64,000 nucleotides of DNA from Minisyncoccota bacterium. GTDB lineage: Bacteria > Patescibacteriota > Minisyncoccia > Phycocordibacterales > UBA2100. Both the position numbers and the translations under genes were made by a program. Where the stretch lies: assembly GCA_031291875.1 (NCBI GenBank), contig JARLIE010000112.1, forward strand, positions 114 to 64,113, in the 5' to 3' direction. Positions 7,524-17,055 of this stretch are shown piece after piece. How positions within the stretch are numbered: position 1 is the stretch's first letter; each line of letters opens with the position of its first letter. A model generated the notes under the pieces. That model saw only the letters and a list, made by a program, of their open reading frames with translations, made no database searches and was not told the DNA's origin.

Positions 7524-10500
7524 CTAGCGCTCTACCGTATCGCGATTGCGCTCGATCGACGGAACGTCGACCGGTTGCTGGGATCGGAGATCCGCTTCCA
7601 TTTGCTCGACGAGGTCGAACTTCTTGGAACCGGCGAATCCGGTACCGGCCGGGATAAGGCGACCGATGATGACGTTCTCTTTGAGGCCGACCAGGCGGTC
7701 GACCGCTCCCGAAACCGCCGCTTCGGCGAGTTTGCGAGGCGTGTTCTGGAAGGAAATTGCGGAGAGGAAGGACGCGCGAGTGAGGGAGACTTCGGTGATA
7801 CCGAGGAGCAATTGCTTGCCCTTTGCCGGCTCTTTTTCCGACTCTTTCGCCTCGCGGTTCAAACGCTCGAACTCAAAGTCCGCGACAATTTCGCCGACAG
7901 AAACACTGGTGTCGCCTGCGTTCGTGATCGAAACGCGCGAGAACATCTGCTTGACGATGATTTCAAGGTGCTTGCGCGCCGTTGAAACACCCTGCAATTC
8001 GTAGATGCGAGTGATTTCGCCAATGATGTACTCCTGCGCGCGTTCCTTGCCCGCGAAGAGGAAGAGCTCGTCGAGGTCTGCCGAACCGTCGGTGAGGAAG
8101 TCGCCCTTTTGGACAGAGTCCCCTACCTTCACCACGATCGCGCGAAGTGGGTGGATTCGATACTCGGTTTCTTTCTTGACGCCCTTTGCTGTTTTGGCGG
8201 TAGAAGCGGTTTCCGGAACGATCGTAATGACCGTTTCGTCGCCGTCCTTTTGGATATCTGCGATAACACCAGAGACTCGGGCGATCGCTGCTGGGAGCTT
8301 CGGTTGGCGCGTTTCGAAGACTTCTTCGACGCGCGGAAGACCCATCGTGATGTCACCACCTTGCGTCGCGACACCTCCAGTGTGGAAGGTACGCATCGTA
8401 AGCTGGGTACCCGGTTCGCCGATCGCTTGCGCGGCGATAACGCCTACCGCTTCGCCGACATCGACGAGTTCCTGAGTTGTGAGGTCGAGACCATAGCACT
8501 TTTGGCAAACACCTCGAGCGACTTTGCAGCCGATCGGTGAGCGAACGATCGCTTCCACGACGCTCGTATTCTCTTCGATCGCCTTAGCGTCGTCGCGAGA
8601 GACGAGGTGGCCACGCTTGAAGCCGCCCGCTTCTTCAGCGAGCACTCGGCCCGCGAGACGGTCGGCGAACGAGCCGCCGAGTGTTTCCTTGCCCGGACGA
8701 ACGATCGTGACGCCATCCTTCGTACCGCAGTCTTCTTCGAGCACAACGACATCGTGCGCAACATCGAAGAGACGACGAGTGAGGTAACCGGCGCGCGCCG
8801 TGTTGAGCGCAGTGTCGGCGAGACCCTTACGGGCGCCGTGCGTTGAGATGAAGTACTCGATCGGTGTGAGACCTTCCTTGAGCGAGGCGGTAATCGGGAA
8901 TTCGATGATTTCGCCGCGCGGGTTGGTGATGAGACCCTTCATGCCCGCCATTTGGTGGAGCTGTACGACGCTACCACGAGCGCCTGAGGTGATCATGTCG
9001 TGAACTGGACCGTTTCTGTCGAGCGATTCGACAACGTGCTTGCGCAGGTCATTGGAAACTTTCGCCCAGATTTCGATTGTCATGCGCTTGCGCTCTTCTT
9101 CGGTGAGAAGACCCTGTTCGTAGTTTTCGTTCTCACGAGCGACCGCTTCGCGGCCCGCGTTGACCATTTCTTGTTTAATCTCCGGAACAACGACGTCCGA
9201 GAGCGACCACGTGATACCAGCTTCGGTCGCGTAGCGGAAGCCAAACTTCTTGATCTTGTCGAGGATCTGCGGGATGCCGTCGAGCTTGTAGTGCGTAACG
9301 AGCGAGTGCACGAGGGCTCGCATGCGAGAACTCGTGATTTCTTCGTTGAGGTACGGGAAGTCTGTCGGAAGGACGGAGTTGAAGAGAAGTCGGCCGACGG
9401 AAGTCTCGAAGATCTTGCCCTCGAAGTGCTTGTACTTCGCGCTGTCGGACGGGAGAACCTTGATCTTTGCGCGCAAATCGATCGCGCCAAAGTCGTGGGC
9501 GGTGATTGCGGCATTCGTAGATGGGAACGCTGAGCCTTCGCCCTTCGCGCCCTCCATGGTCTTTGTCATCCAGTAACAGCCGAGCACGATGTCGAGCAGC
9601 TTGGATGCGACAACGACGTCACCAGAACCCGGCTTCAAGACGTTCTTGTTGGCCGACATGATCTTGGCGGCTTCGAGCTGAGCGGCTTCGGAAAGCGGCA
9701 CGTGTACGGCCATCGCGTCGCCGTCGAAGTCGGCGTTGTATGCCGGACAGACGAGCGGGTGAACCTGGATCGCGTTGCCTTCGATGAGAACCGGGCGGAA
9801 CGCCTGGATCGATTGGCGGTGAAGTGTCGGAGCGCGGTTGAGGAGGACATACTTGCCCTTAATCGCCTCTTCGAGAATCGGCCAAACTTCCGGTGCTTCG
9901 TCTTCAATCAAACGTCCAGCGCCACGAATGTTGTACGCGTGTTCGCGAGCAAGAACACCCTGGATGACGAACGGACGGAAGAGTTCAAGCACCATGTGCT
10001 TCGGCAAACCACACTCGTCGAGCGCCAAGTCCGGACCGACAACGATGACCGAGCGGCCCGAGTAGTCGACGCGCTTACCGAGGAGGTTTTGGCGGAGGTA
10101 GCCGTGCTTACCCTTGAGGTAATCAGCGAGCGACTTGAGCGCGCGGCGGCGTCCACCGAAGATACCCAAGACACCTGCGCCGCGGCGCATCGAGTTGTCG
10201 AGGAGTGCGTCCACTGCTTCCTGCAAAATGCGCTTTTCGTTGCGGAGAATGACTTCCGGCGCGTGGATTTGCTGGAGGCGCTTCAAGCGGTTGTTACGGT
10301 TGATGACGCGGCGGTAGAGGTCGTTGAGGTCGGAAGATGCGTGACGACCACCTTCGAGGGCGACCATCGGACGAAGCGCCGGCGGAACGACCGGGAGGCG
10401 TGTCATGAACATCCACTCCGGGCGGACACTCGCGCGGCGAAGGTTCTCAGCCAGCGCAAGGCGCTTCCTGAGTTTGTCCTTCTCTGCGGCACCTGAGTTT

Positions 10501-11225
10501 TCGTACTCTTCCTTCACACGTTTTACGAACGCGGTAAGGTCGATTTTCTTCAAAATTTCATAGAGCGCTTCAGCGCCGATCGCGGCGCGGAACATCGCGC
10601 CGTATTTGACTGCGAACAAGTGGTAGGCGGCTTCATCGAGAACGATACCGATCTGGATTGAATCGATTTCTTTCTTCGCCTTGGTGGCCATGTCCTTGAG
10701 GCGCGTCTTTTCGTCGGCGTTGGAGGCAGCCTTCGTTTTGGTCGCGAGCTCCTGCTCGAGATCCTTCAAAAGGCGGGCGCGCTCGTCTTCGTCGATCGAG
10801 GTGACGATGTAGCCAGCGAAGTACACGACTTTTTCAACTTCGGCAGCGGAGAGGCCGAGCATCAACGCGATGCGCGACGGGATGCCGCGGAGGAACCAGA
10901 TGTGTGCAACGGGGGTCGCAAGGTCGATGTGACCCATGCGCTCGCGGCGCACGATGGCGCGGGTGATCTCGACACCACACTTCTCACAGACGATGCCGCG
11001 GAAACGGATGCCTCGATATTTGCCACAGTAACATTCGTAGTCTTTTTCAGGACCGAACACACGCTCGTCGAAGAGGCCGTTCTTTTCCGGTCGCTGAGTG
11101 CGGTAGGTGATGGTTTCAGGTTTGGTGATTTCACCGTAGGACCAATCGAGAATTCGCTCGGGAGAAGCCAGACGCATCGCGACTGCTTCGAAATCCTGCG
11201 GGATGTTGTCTTTTTTCTTTTGCAT
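7524..11225 (-). CDS. rpoC: DNA-directed RNA polymerase subunit beta' (RpoC)
   Basis: The N-terminal zinc-binding region, [12 protein letters not shown] catalytic motif and trigger-loop regions are conserved over 1233 aa. Confidence 0.97.
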   Translation of the reverse strand: MQKKKDNIPQDFEAVAMRLASPERILDWSYGEITKPETITYRTQRPEKNGLFDERVFGPEKDYECYCGKYRGIRFRGIVCEKCGVEITRAIVRRERMGHIDLATPVAHIWFLRGIPSRIALMLGLSAAEVEKVVYFAGYIVTSIDEDERARLLKDLEQELATKTKAASNADEKTRLKDMATKAKKEIDSIQIGIVLDEAAYHLFAVKYGAMFRAAIGAEALYEILKKIDLTAFVKRVKEEYENSGAAEKDKLRKRLALAENLRRASVRPEWMFMTRLPVVPPALRPMVALEGGRHASSDLNDLYRRVINRNNRLKRLQQIHAPEVILRNEKRILQEAVDALLDNSMRRGAGVLGIFGGRRRALKSLADYLKGKHGYLRQNLLGKRVDYSGRSVIVVGPDLALDECGLPKHMVLELFRPFVIQGVLAREHAYNIRGAGRLIEDEAPEVWPILEEAIKGKYVLLNRAPTLHRQSIQAFRPVLIEGNAIQVHPLVCPAYNADFDGDAMAVHVPLSEAAQLEAAKIMSANKNVLKPGSGDVVVASKLLDIVLGCYWMTKTMEGAKGEGSAFPSTNAAITAHDFGAIDLRAKIKVLPSDSAKYKHFEGKIFETSVGRLLFNSVLPTDFPYLNEEITSSRMRALVHSLVTHYKLDGIPQILDKIKKFGFRYATEAGITWSLSDVVVPEIKQEMVNAGREAVARENENYEQGLLTEEERKRMTIEIWAKVSNDLRKHVVESLDRNGPVHDMITSGARGSVVQLHQMAGMKGLITNPRGEIIEFPITASLKEGLTPIEYFISTHGARKGLADTALNTARAGYLTRRLFDVAHDVVVLEEDCGTKDGVTIVRPGKETLGGSFADRLAGRVLAEEAGGFKRGHLVSRDDAKAIEENTSVVEAIVRSPIGCKVARGVCQKCYGLDLTTQELVDVGEAVGVIAAQAIGEPGTQLTMRTFHTGGVATQGGDITMGLPRVEEVFETRQPKLPAAIARVSGVIADIQKDGDETVITIVPETASTAKTAKGVKKETEYRIHPLRAIVVKVGDSVQKGDFLTDGSADLDELFLFAGKERAQEYIIGEITRIYELQGVSTARKHLEIIVKQMFSRVSITNAGDTSVSVGEIVADFEFERLNREAKESEKEPAKGKQLLLGITEVSLTRASFLSAISFQNTPRKLAEAAVSGAVDRLVGLKENVIIGRLIPAGTGFAGSKKFDLVEQMEADLRSQQPVDVPSIERNRDTVER

Positions 11226-11233
11226 ATGCGTGA

Positions 11234-14200
11234 TTACTGGTTAGCCTCATCGCCGATAAATTCGATATCGATGCCCAAGCCTCGCAAGTGTCTGACCAAG
11301 ACATTGAAGGTCGCGGGTGTGTTGGTTTCTTCGATTCGTTTGCCGGAGACGATCGCGTCGAACGCTGCAGAGCGGCCGAGGATGTCGTCCGATTTGATGG
11401 TGAGGATTTCGCGCAGCGAGTATGCAGCGCCGTAGCCGAGGAATGCCCAGACTTCCATTTCTCCAACGCGCTGACCGCCGTTTTGAGCTTTGCCGCCGAG
11501 CGGTTGCTGCGTCGTGAGCGAGTAGGGCCCGATCGAGCGCATGTGGATCTTGTCTTCGACCATGTGGTGCAGCTTGAGCATGTACATGACGCCGACCATG
11601 ACCGGTTGAGCGAACGATTCGCCGGTACGACCATCGAAAAGTACACGCTTGCCGTTCTCGTTGAGACCGGCCTTCTTGAGCTCTTCTTTGATCTCGACTT
11701 CAGTTGCCGAACCGAAGGAAGGAACGACCGCTTGATAGCCGAGCATTTCAGCGGCAAGACCAAGGTGCGTTTCGTAAATCTGTCCGAGGTTCATACGGGA
11801 CGGGACGCCAAGCGGTGTGAGGATGATGTCCACCGGGTTGCCGTTTTCATCGTACGGCATGTCCTCTTCCGGCAAGATGCGGGAAATGACGCCCTTGTTG
11901 CCGTGACGGCCGGCGAGCTTGTCGCCGACGGAGATGGTGCGCAACTGCGCAACTTCCACGTGCACACGCTTGATGACACCGGATTCGAGCTGGTCGCCGT
12001 TTTCGCGTGAGAAAATCTTCACGCCGACGATGCGACCGCGTTTGCCGCCTTCCATGCGAAGCGAGGTGTCTTTCACGTCCTTCGCTTTCTCGCCGAAGAT
12101 TGCGTGCAAGAGACGCTCTTCCGGTGTGAGCTGCGTCTCGCCCTTGGGCGTTACTTTACCGACGAGGATATCGCCGGGGCGTACCTCGGCGCCGATGCGG
12201 ATTATGCCGTCTTCATCGAGGTTGCGGAGTTTAAATTCGGAAACGTTCGGAATGTCATGGGTCGTGACCTCGGGCCCAAGCTTGGTGTCGCGCACCACGC
12301 AGACGAACTCCTCCATGTGAATGGAAGTGAACTTCGCCTCTTTCGCGAGTTTTTCTGAAATAACGATGGCGTCTTCGAAGTTATTCCCGAACCAAGGCAA
12401 GAACGCGACACGAACGTTTTGACCGATCGAGAGCTGGCCGCCGACCGAGGTCGATGCGTCCGCGAGGACCGCGCCCTTCTTAACTGTTTCGCCGACCGAA
12501 ACGAGCGGGCGCTGGTGGAAGGTCGTGAAGCCGTTGGTGCGGGAGAAATTCACGAGCTCGTACTCTTTTGTCTTGCCGTCTTGGTTTTTGACCTTGATCT
12601 TTTGCGCGTCCGAGTAAATCACCTCGCCCGCATCTTCTGCGATAACGAGACGACCGGAGTCTTTAGCCGCAGCGGATTCAACGCCGGTTGCAACAACCGG
12701 TGCTTCCGGTACAACGAGCGGAACGGCCTGCTTTTGCATGTTCGAACCCATGAGCGCTCGGTTCGCGTCGTCGTTTTCAACGAACGGAATCAAGGATGTC
12801 GCCACGGAGAACGGCTGGTTGGTCGCGACCTCGATGTAGTCCACGTCGGTGTTCTTCACGAGCGTCGGCTTGCCATTCTTACGAACTTCACTGAACTTCT
12901 CGGTGAGCTTGCCGTCGTCGTCGCGAGCTGTAGCTGCGTGTGCGATTGCATATTGCTCTTCCTCGAGCGCGTTCATGTACTTGATCTCCTTGGTGATGAT
13001 GCCGTTTTCCACCTTCGCATACGGCGTCTCGATAATGCCGAATTCGTTGGGGCGGGAGTAGAGCGACATGTGCAATACGAGTCCGATGTTCTTACCTTCA
13101 GGGGTGTGGATCGGACAAACGCGACCGTAGTGGGACGAGTGAACGTCGCGCACTTCGAGGCCGGCGCGCTCAGAGGTGAGACCGCCGCGACCGAGCGTTG
13201 AGAGCGTGCGAAGGTGCTCGATCTCGTCGAGGATGTTGTATTGCTGCATGAGCTGCGAGAGCTGGTCGGTCGTGAAGAACTCACGAATCGCGGCCTGGAA
13301 CGGGCGCGGGTTGATGAGCGAGACCGGGAGCGTTGTCTCCGGGTCGACCATCGCCATGCGGTCTTGGATGTTGCGCTTCATGCGAGAGAGGCCGACGCGC
13401 ATGCGCTGTTCGAGCAATTCGCCCGCAAAACGTACGCGACGGAAACCGAGGTGGTCGATGTCGTCCGGTTCCGCGTGCAGGTTGGTGTTCAGCTCCGCGA
13501 TGTGGACGATAATGCGCTCAAGCGTCTCGAGGTCGAGGGTCGATTGCGCAAGGTGCTTCTCGTCGGTCGGGAGGCCGAAGCGGCGGTTGAAGTGGAATCG
13601 ACCGACCTTCGAGAAGTCATATCGTTCCGAAGAAAGAATAGCGTCGACGTGGTCGCGCGCTGATTCTGCGGTCGCAATGTCGCCGTCGCGAAGGCGGCGG
13701 TAGATCTCGACATATGCCTCTTCCACGCTCTTTGCGTGGTCGAGTTGGAGCGAAGCCGCGATGGTCTCGCGAGCTGCTGTCTTGCCGAATTTATTGAGGA
13801 TTTGAGCGTCAGAACCGAGGCCAAGGACACGGAGCAACGAGGTGATTGGGAAACGGCGTTTGCGGTCGATTTTTACGTAGATGCCGCCGTCCGGGTCGGA
13901 TTCAATTTCAATCCAAACACCGCGGGCCGGAATAACCTTCGCCGCGTAGTAGTTTTTGCCTTTGTACGGGATACCTTCAAAGAAAACACCGTAGCTGCGG
14001 GCAAGCTGCGGTACAACAATGCGTTCGACGCCGTTGATGATGAACGTGCCGTGTGGAGTCATCCACGGGAAATCAGCGAGGAAGATTTCCTGTTCCTTTT
14101 TTTCTCCGGTCGTTTTGTTTTTGAGACGAACTACCATCGAAAGCGGCGCCTCGTAGGTGCGCATCAGTTTTTTTGCGTTCTGTTCGTCGATGCGAAGATC

Positions 14201-14410
14201 GGCAAAGCTGAACTTAACGAGTTCGAGCTCGAACTTCTTGCCCGAGTGATCGGAGATGGGAGAGAATTCCTTGAAGACGCGCTCGGCGCCTCCTTCAACG
14301 AACTCGGTGAACGATGCGATCTGGCTCTCGACCAGCGACGGCATCTTTACGAGCGGCTCGCGGAACTTACCGAAGAACTTTTGCGGACGCGCAACTTTAG
14401 CTTTTGACAT
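11234..14410 (-). CDS. rpoB: DNA-directed RNA polymerase subunit beta (RpoB)
   Basis: 1058 aa with RpoB signature regions such as GRHGNKGV..., NMQRQAVPL-like and the fork/clamp regions. It lies immediately upstream of rpoC on the same strand. Confidence 0.97.
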   Translation of the reverse strand: MSKAKVARPQKFFGKFREPLVKMPSLVESQIASFTEFVEGGAERVFKEFSPISDHSGKKFELELVKFSFADLRIDEQNAKKLMRTYEAPLSMVVRLKNKTTGEKKEQEIFLADFPWMTPHGTFIINGVERIVVPQLARSYGVFFEGIPYKGKNYYAAKVIPARGVWIEIESDPDGGIYVKIDRKRRFPITSLLRVLGLGSDAQILNKFGKTAARETIAASLQLDHAKSVEEAYVEIYRRLRDGDIATAESARDHVDAILSSERYDFSKVGRFHFNRRFGLPTDEKHLAQSTLDLETLERIIVHIAELNTNLHAEPDDIDHLGFRRVRFAGELLEQRMRVGLSRMKRNIQDRMAMVDPETTLPVSLINPRPFQAAIREFFTTDQLSQLMQQYNILDEIEHLRTLSTLGRGGLTSERAGLEVRDVHSSHYGRVCPIHTPEGKNIGLVLHMSLYSRPNEFGIIETPYAKVENGIITKEIKYMNALEEEQYAIAHAATARDDDGKLTEKFSEVRKNGKPTLVKNTDVDYIEVATNQPFSVATSLIPFVENDDANRALMGSNMQKQAVPLVVPEAPVVATGVESAAAKDSGRLVIAEDAGEVIYSDAQKIKVKNQDGKTKEYELVNFSRTNGFTTFHQRPLVSVGETVKKGAVLADASTSVGGQLSIGQNVRVAFLPWFGNNFEDAIVISEKLAKEAKFTSIHMEEFVCVVRDTKLGPEVTTHDIPNVSEFKLRNLDEDGIIRIGAEVRPGDILVGKVTPKGETQLTPEERLLHAIFGEKAKDVKDTSLRMEGGKRGRIVGVKIFSRENGDQLESGVIKRVHVEVAQLRTISVGDKLAGRHGNKGVISRILPEEDMPYDENGNPVDIILTPLGVPSRMNLGQIYETHLGLAAEMLGYQAVVPSFGSATEVEIKEELKKAGLNENGKRVLFDGRTGESFAQPVMVGVMYMLKLHHMVEDKIHMRSIGPYSLTTQQPLGGKAQNGGQRVGEMEVWAFLGYGAAYSLREILTIKSDDILGRSAAFDAIVSGKRIEETNTPATFNVLVRHLRGLGIDIEFIGDEANQ

Positions 14411-14562
14411 AGCTTTTTATGTGTAACGAAACGAGCAAGGCCTGCCCTTGCAGCGTTCCCCATATTAAATTGAGCTTCTAAAAAAGTGACCCTCTCAAAC
14501 ACTTCCTTTACTCAAAAGCGGCGTCCGCAACTCAATCTTGGGCCCCGAGCAAATATGTCGCG

Positions 14563-14591
14563 AGTATAAGGGTGATTTATCGCTTCGTCAA
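14563..14591 (-). promoter_or_regulatory. Putative sigma-70 promoter of rpoBC (TTGACG-17-TATACT) with a ~150-nt 5' UTR
   Basis: Near-consensus hexamers with 17-nt spacing on the minus strand, directly downstream of the terminator of the preceding small gene. Confidence 0.5.
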
Positions 14592-14593
14592 GC

Positions 14594-14620
14594 AAAAGGC
14601 CCCGCATTTGCAGGGCCTTT
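14594..14620 (-). terminator. Rho-independent terminator (GGCCCcgcatttgcaGGGCC plus TTTTGCTTG on the minus strand)
   Basis: GC stem-loop followed by a T-tract in the minus orientation. It ends the 14655..14978 gene before the rpoB promoter. Confidence 0.6.
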
Positions 14621-14654
14621 CGTTAACCGCATTAAAAAGATCGCCGCAGTCGCC

Positions 14655-14978
14655 TTAGTCTTCGTCAGTCAGCTCGAACGGGTGCTGCTTCATGCGCTTC
14701 CAGAGCGCCTGTCGGGCACGTTCTTGTCGGCAGTGCCGAATGAGCTGCTCGCCGATGCAGTGCGGAACACTGACAGCGCGGGCCGGACGAAAATCGTCGA
14801 AAAGACCTTCCGATAGCACCATTGCCCTGCCGCGGGGCCGGCGATCGAAATTGATCGAAGCGTCCGAATTCGGACTGCGAGCCTTGGGAGTGCCGCTGTA
14901 CGCTGCATTCACCAAAGCATCGACGGCCGGTTGGGTCCGCTTCCTATCGACGAGCATTTTCGTCTGCATTCCAGTCAT
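14655..14978 (-). CDS. Hypothetical small protein (107 aa), own SD/promoter/terminator
   Basis: SD AAAGGAGAAACGC-ATG. Upstream promoter-like TTGTCA-17-TACCAT; downstream terminator. No recognisable domain; contains HCIGEQLIRHC and an acidic C-terminus. Confidence 0.45.
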   Translation of the reverse strand: MTGMQTKMLVDRKRTQPAVDALVNAAYSGTPKARSPNSDASINFDRRPRGRAMVLSEGLFDDFRPARAVSVPHCIGEQLIRHCRQERARQALWKRMKQHPFELTDED

Positions 14979-15070
14979 GCGCGTTTCTCCTTTTTCTACG
15001 CATGGTCGGTTCAGTACGACCGCAGTGGATGGTACACCCAGCCGCTGTATTTGACAATATAAAAAAGAAT

Positions 15071-15110
15071 GGCGGGCGAACCACAGAGGTTCGCCCGCCT
15101 TACATTGTAC
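15071..15110 (-). terminator. Rho-independent terminator after the 15140..15400 gene (GGCGGGCGAACCnnnnGGTTCGCCCGCC plus ATTCTTTTTTAT)
   Basis: A 12-bp perfect stem followed by a T-run on the minus strand. Confidence 0.65.
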
Positions 15111-15139
15111 CCATGAGCGTTTCCCGGATCACTGCTTGC

Positions 15140-15400
15140 TTAAATGTAAGTCAGCGGTTTGCCATCTGCTCGACGAACTTCGAGCCGACCTCCTTCTTCC
15201 ACGACGATTGCCGGGACGGAAATCCGGTCGCCAAAATCGTACGGTTTGTGCTTCTTCGATTGTCTCGTTTGCGTTTGTGGCGCCGGAACGGGAGCCACTG
15301 GTGCGGTCGAAGGCCGTCCGGACGCCGGATACGACTGCGGACGTCGCTGCGCTTGCAGTAAGGTTGGTTGGCCGAAGAAGCCTCGCGGGTTCCTGTTCAT
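15140..15400 (-). CDS. Hypothetical small protein (86 aa, Pro/Gln-rich N-terminus, beta-rich C-terminus)
   Basis: SD CAGGAG 7 nt before the ATG. A promoter TTGAAA-17-TATTGT overlapped by a perfect 14-bp palindrome lies upstream, and a strong terminator downstream. Confidence 0.5.
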   Translation of the reverse strand: MNRNPRGFFGQPTLLQAQRRPQSYPASGRPSTAPVAPVPAPQTQTRQSKKHKPYDFGDRISVPAIVVEEGGRLEVRRADGKPLTYI

Positions 15401-15461
15401 GTACGCACTCCTGTTGTCGGGAGGGGTTGAACTTGGCGCTTTGCTTTGGCGCGCTGCACCT

Positions 15462-15490
15462 ACAATAACATGTTATTCAGCTTGTTTCAA
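15462..15490 (-). promoter_or_regulatory. Promoter TTGAAA-17-TATTGT overlapped by perfect palindrome AATAACATGTTATT (candidate operator)
   Basis: The palindrome at ~15464-15477 spans the -10 element and spacer, overlapping the last codons of trmD. Confidence 0.45.
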
Positions 15491-16124
15491 GTCCTCGCTT
15501 TTTCCATTTTTCGATCTCCGCATGATTCCCCGAGAGCAGCACTTTGGGCACGCGATACTTTTTCTTTTTCCATTCCAAAACTTCCGGTCGCGTATACACT
15601 TCTGGCGACGAGACGCGCGAGCGCTCCAGCGACTGCGGCTTACCGAGCACCTCCGGAACGAAGCGCGCGATCGCATCGATCATGGTTGCCGCAGGCAATT
15701 CCCCTCCCGTCAGCACATAGGGCCCGACGGTAACTTTTTTCGCTTTCAGAAGCTTTTCGACGCGAGCGTCGACACCCTCGTAATGTCCGCAAATGAAGAC
15801 AATGTCCTTCTTTTTTGAAAGTTTCTGCGCCATCGCTTCGTCGAACTGTGCGCCATCTGTGGAAAAGAAGATTTTCTCAACCCCCTTTCGTTTACCGATC
15901 GCTTTTTGCGTCGCACGAAGCATTGCGTCTGGCTCGAGTACCATACCTGGGCCGCCACCGTACGGGCGACGATCGACGCGGCCGTATTTGTCATGCGTGA
16001 AGTCCTTCGGGTCGTAAAACGAGATCTTTATTTTCTTTTTTTCCTGTGCCTTGCCGATGATCGAGCTTTTGAGGTATGGCTCGATAGACTCAGGAAAGAG
16101 AGTCACGATGTGGAAGTGAATCAT
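15477..16124 (-). CDS. trmD: tRNA (guanine37-N1)-methyltransferase TrmD
   Basis: SPOUT/TrmD signature: HIVTLFPE...YDPKDFT.DK...VD..PYGGGPGMV.. and a C-terminal domain. Confidence 0.9.
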   Translation of the reverse strand: MIHFHIVTLFPESIEPYLKSSIIGKAQEKKKIKISFYDPKDFTHDKYGRVDRRPYGGGPGMVLEPDAMLRATQKAIGKRKGVEKIFFSTDGAQFDEAMAQKLSKKKDIVFICGHYEGVDARVEKLLKAKKVTVGPYVLTGGELPAATMIDAIARFVPEVLGKPQSLERSRVSSPEVYTRPEVLEWKKKKYRVPKVLLSGNHAEIEKWKKRGLETS

Positions 16125-16138
16125 ACAACTAAACTCCA

Positions 16139-16211
16139 GGCGGAAGGCGGGATACTTATTTCGTGACCCGAACGATAGGCGGAAGCGCGAAATAAGTACC
16201 CCGCCTTCCGC
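16139..16211 (-). other. Long RNA hairpin (~24-bp stem, 24-nt loop) in the KH-trmD intergenic region, abutting the trmD SD
   Basis: GGCGGAAGGCGGGATACTTATTTCG ...24 nt... CGAAATAAGTACCCCGCCTTCCGC, with one internal mismatch. There is no T-tract, so it is not an intrinsic terminator. Confidence 0.6.
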
Positions 16212-16219
16212 AATCCCAC

Positions 16220-16549
16220 TTAAATATTTTTCAAATCGTTGATGACGTCGTCGACGGTCGTGTCGCGTTCGTACGGCATCGACTGACCGGCAGCGCGCTC
16301 GCTGCCTTCCGGTTCTTCGATCTTGAGGTTAACGCGGGCGTCGTTCTTCATACCAACGACACGCAGAATCGTGCGGATCGCCTTCGCGGTCGCGCCGGAG
16401 CGACCGATGACCTTACCCATATCGTCTTTATTAACGGAGAGCGTGAGGAGAACACCCATCTCGTCGACCGTGCGGGTAATTTTCACGTCGTCGGGATTTT
16501 CGACAAGCGCTTTGATGACGTACTCGAGAAATTGCTGGTCGCGTTCCAT
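16220..16549 (-). CDS. KH-domain RNA-binding protein (UPF0109/YlqC-like)
   Basis: GKVIGRSGATAKAIRTIL is a KH GxxG-type motif. It sits in the conserved rpsP-KH-(rimM)-trmD neighbourhood. Confidence 0.8.
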   Translation of the reverse strand: MERDQQFLEYVIKALVENPDDVKITRTVDEMGVLLTLSVNKDDMGKVIGRSGATAKAIRTILRVVGMKNDARVNLKIEEPEGSERAAGQSMPYERDTTVDDVINDLKNI

Positions 16550-16611
16550 ATCAGATTTCAGCTAAGCTAATGTATTCAAAATACGAGAATACACGAATAA
16601 TGTCAACAGCA

Positions 16612-16998
16612 CTATTCGGATTTCGCATCCTCGGCAGGAGCTTCAGATGCGGCCTCTTCAGGAGCCGCAGGAGTCTCGGCGACCGCTGCCGCTACGGGCG
16701 CAGCTTCCTCCGCCGGTGCTTCCGGAGCCTTGTAGGCCGGAAGAACGTTGATTTTCTTGCCGGAAATGACCCCGGCGCCGATGAGCATGTTGTGCATGGT
16801 CGCCGAAGGCTGAGCGCCGACAGAAAGCCAGTATTTGACGCGGGCCTCATCGAGCGTGCGAGCTTTCGTGCGCGGGTTGTAGGTGCCGAGCTTTTCAACG
16901 AATTTACCCGCCTTCGGAGAAGCGGTGTGTTCAGTAACGACAATACGGTACGACGCCTGATTGATGCGTCCAATTCGCTGCATTCGGATCTTCAACAT
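16612..16998 (-). CDS. rpsP: 30S ribosomal protein S16 with an Ala/Pro/Glu-rich C-terminal extension
   Basis: MLKIRMQRIGRINQASYRIVV...GTYNP...V.YWLSVGAQPS is the S16 signature. The ~45-aa tail is low-complexity (APEAPAEEAAP). Confidence 0.9.
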   Translation of the reverse strand: MLKIRMQRIGRINQASYRIVVTEHTASPKAGKFVEKLGTYNPRTKARTLDEARVKYWLSVGAQPSATMHNMLIGAGVISGKKINVLPAYKAPEAPAEEAAPVAAAVAETPAAPEEAASEAPAEDAKSE

Positions 16999-17055
16999 AT
17001 GTGGGCCGCAATGTACCAGAAACGACCGAAAACTTCAAGTCTTTGGCTATTTCGG

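Noticed and set aside
7546-14407. Dozens of 60-260-aa ORFs on the plus strand antisense to rpoC/rpoB (e.g. 9702..10496, 12419..13201, 13736..14407)
   Set aside because: They lie entirely inside the long conserved minus-strand genes. High GC content creates long antisense open frames, and they have no SD, promoter or recognisable domains.
14538-15054. Plus-strand ORFs 14538..14816 and 14692..15054 in the trmD-rpoB spacer
   Set aside because: They run through the terminator hairpin and promoter elements of the minus-strand units and lack SDs. The minus-strand small genes have SDs, promoters and terminators.
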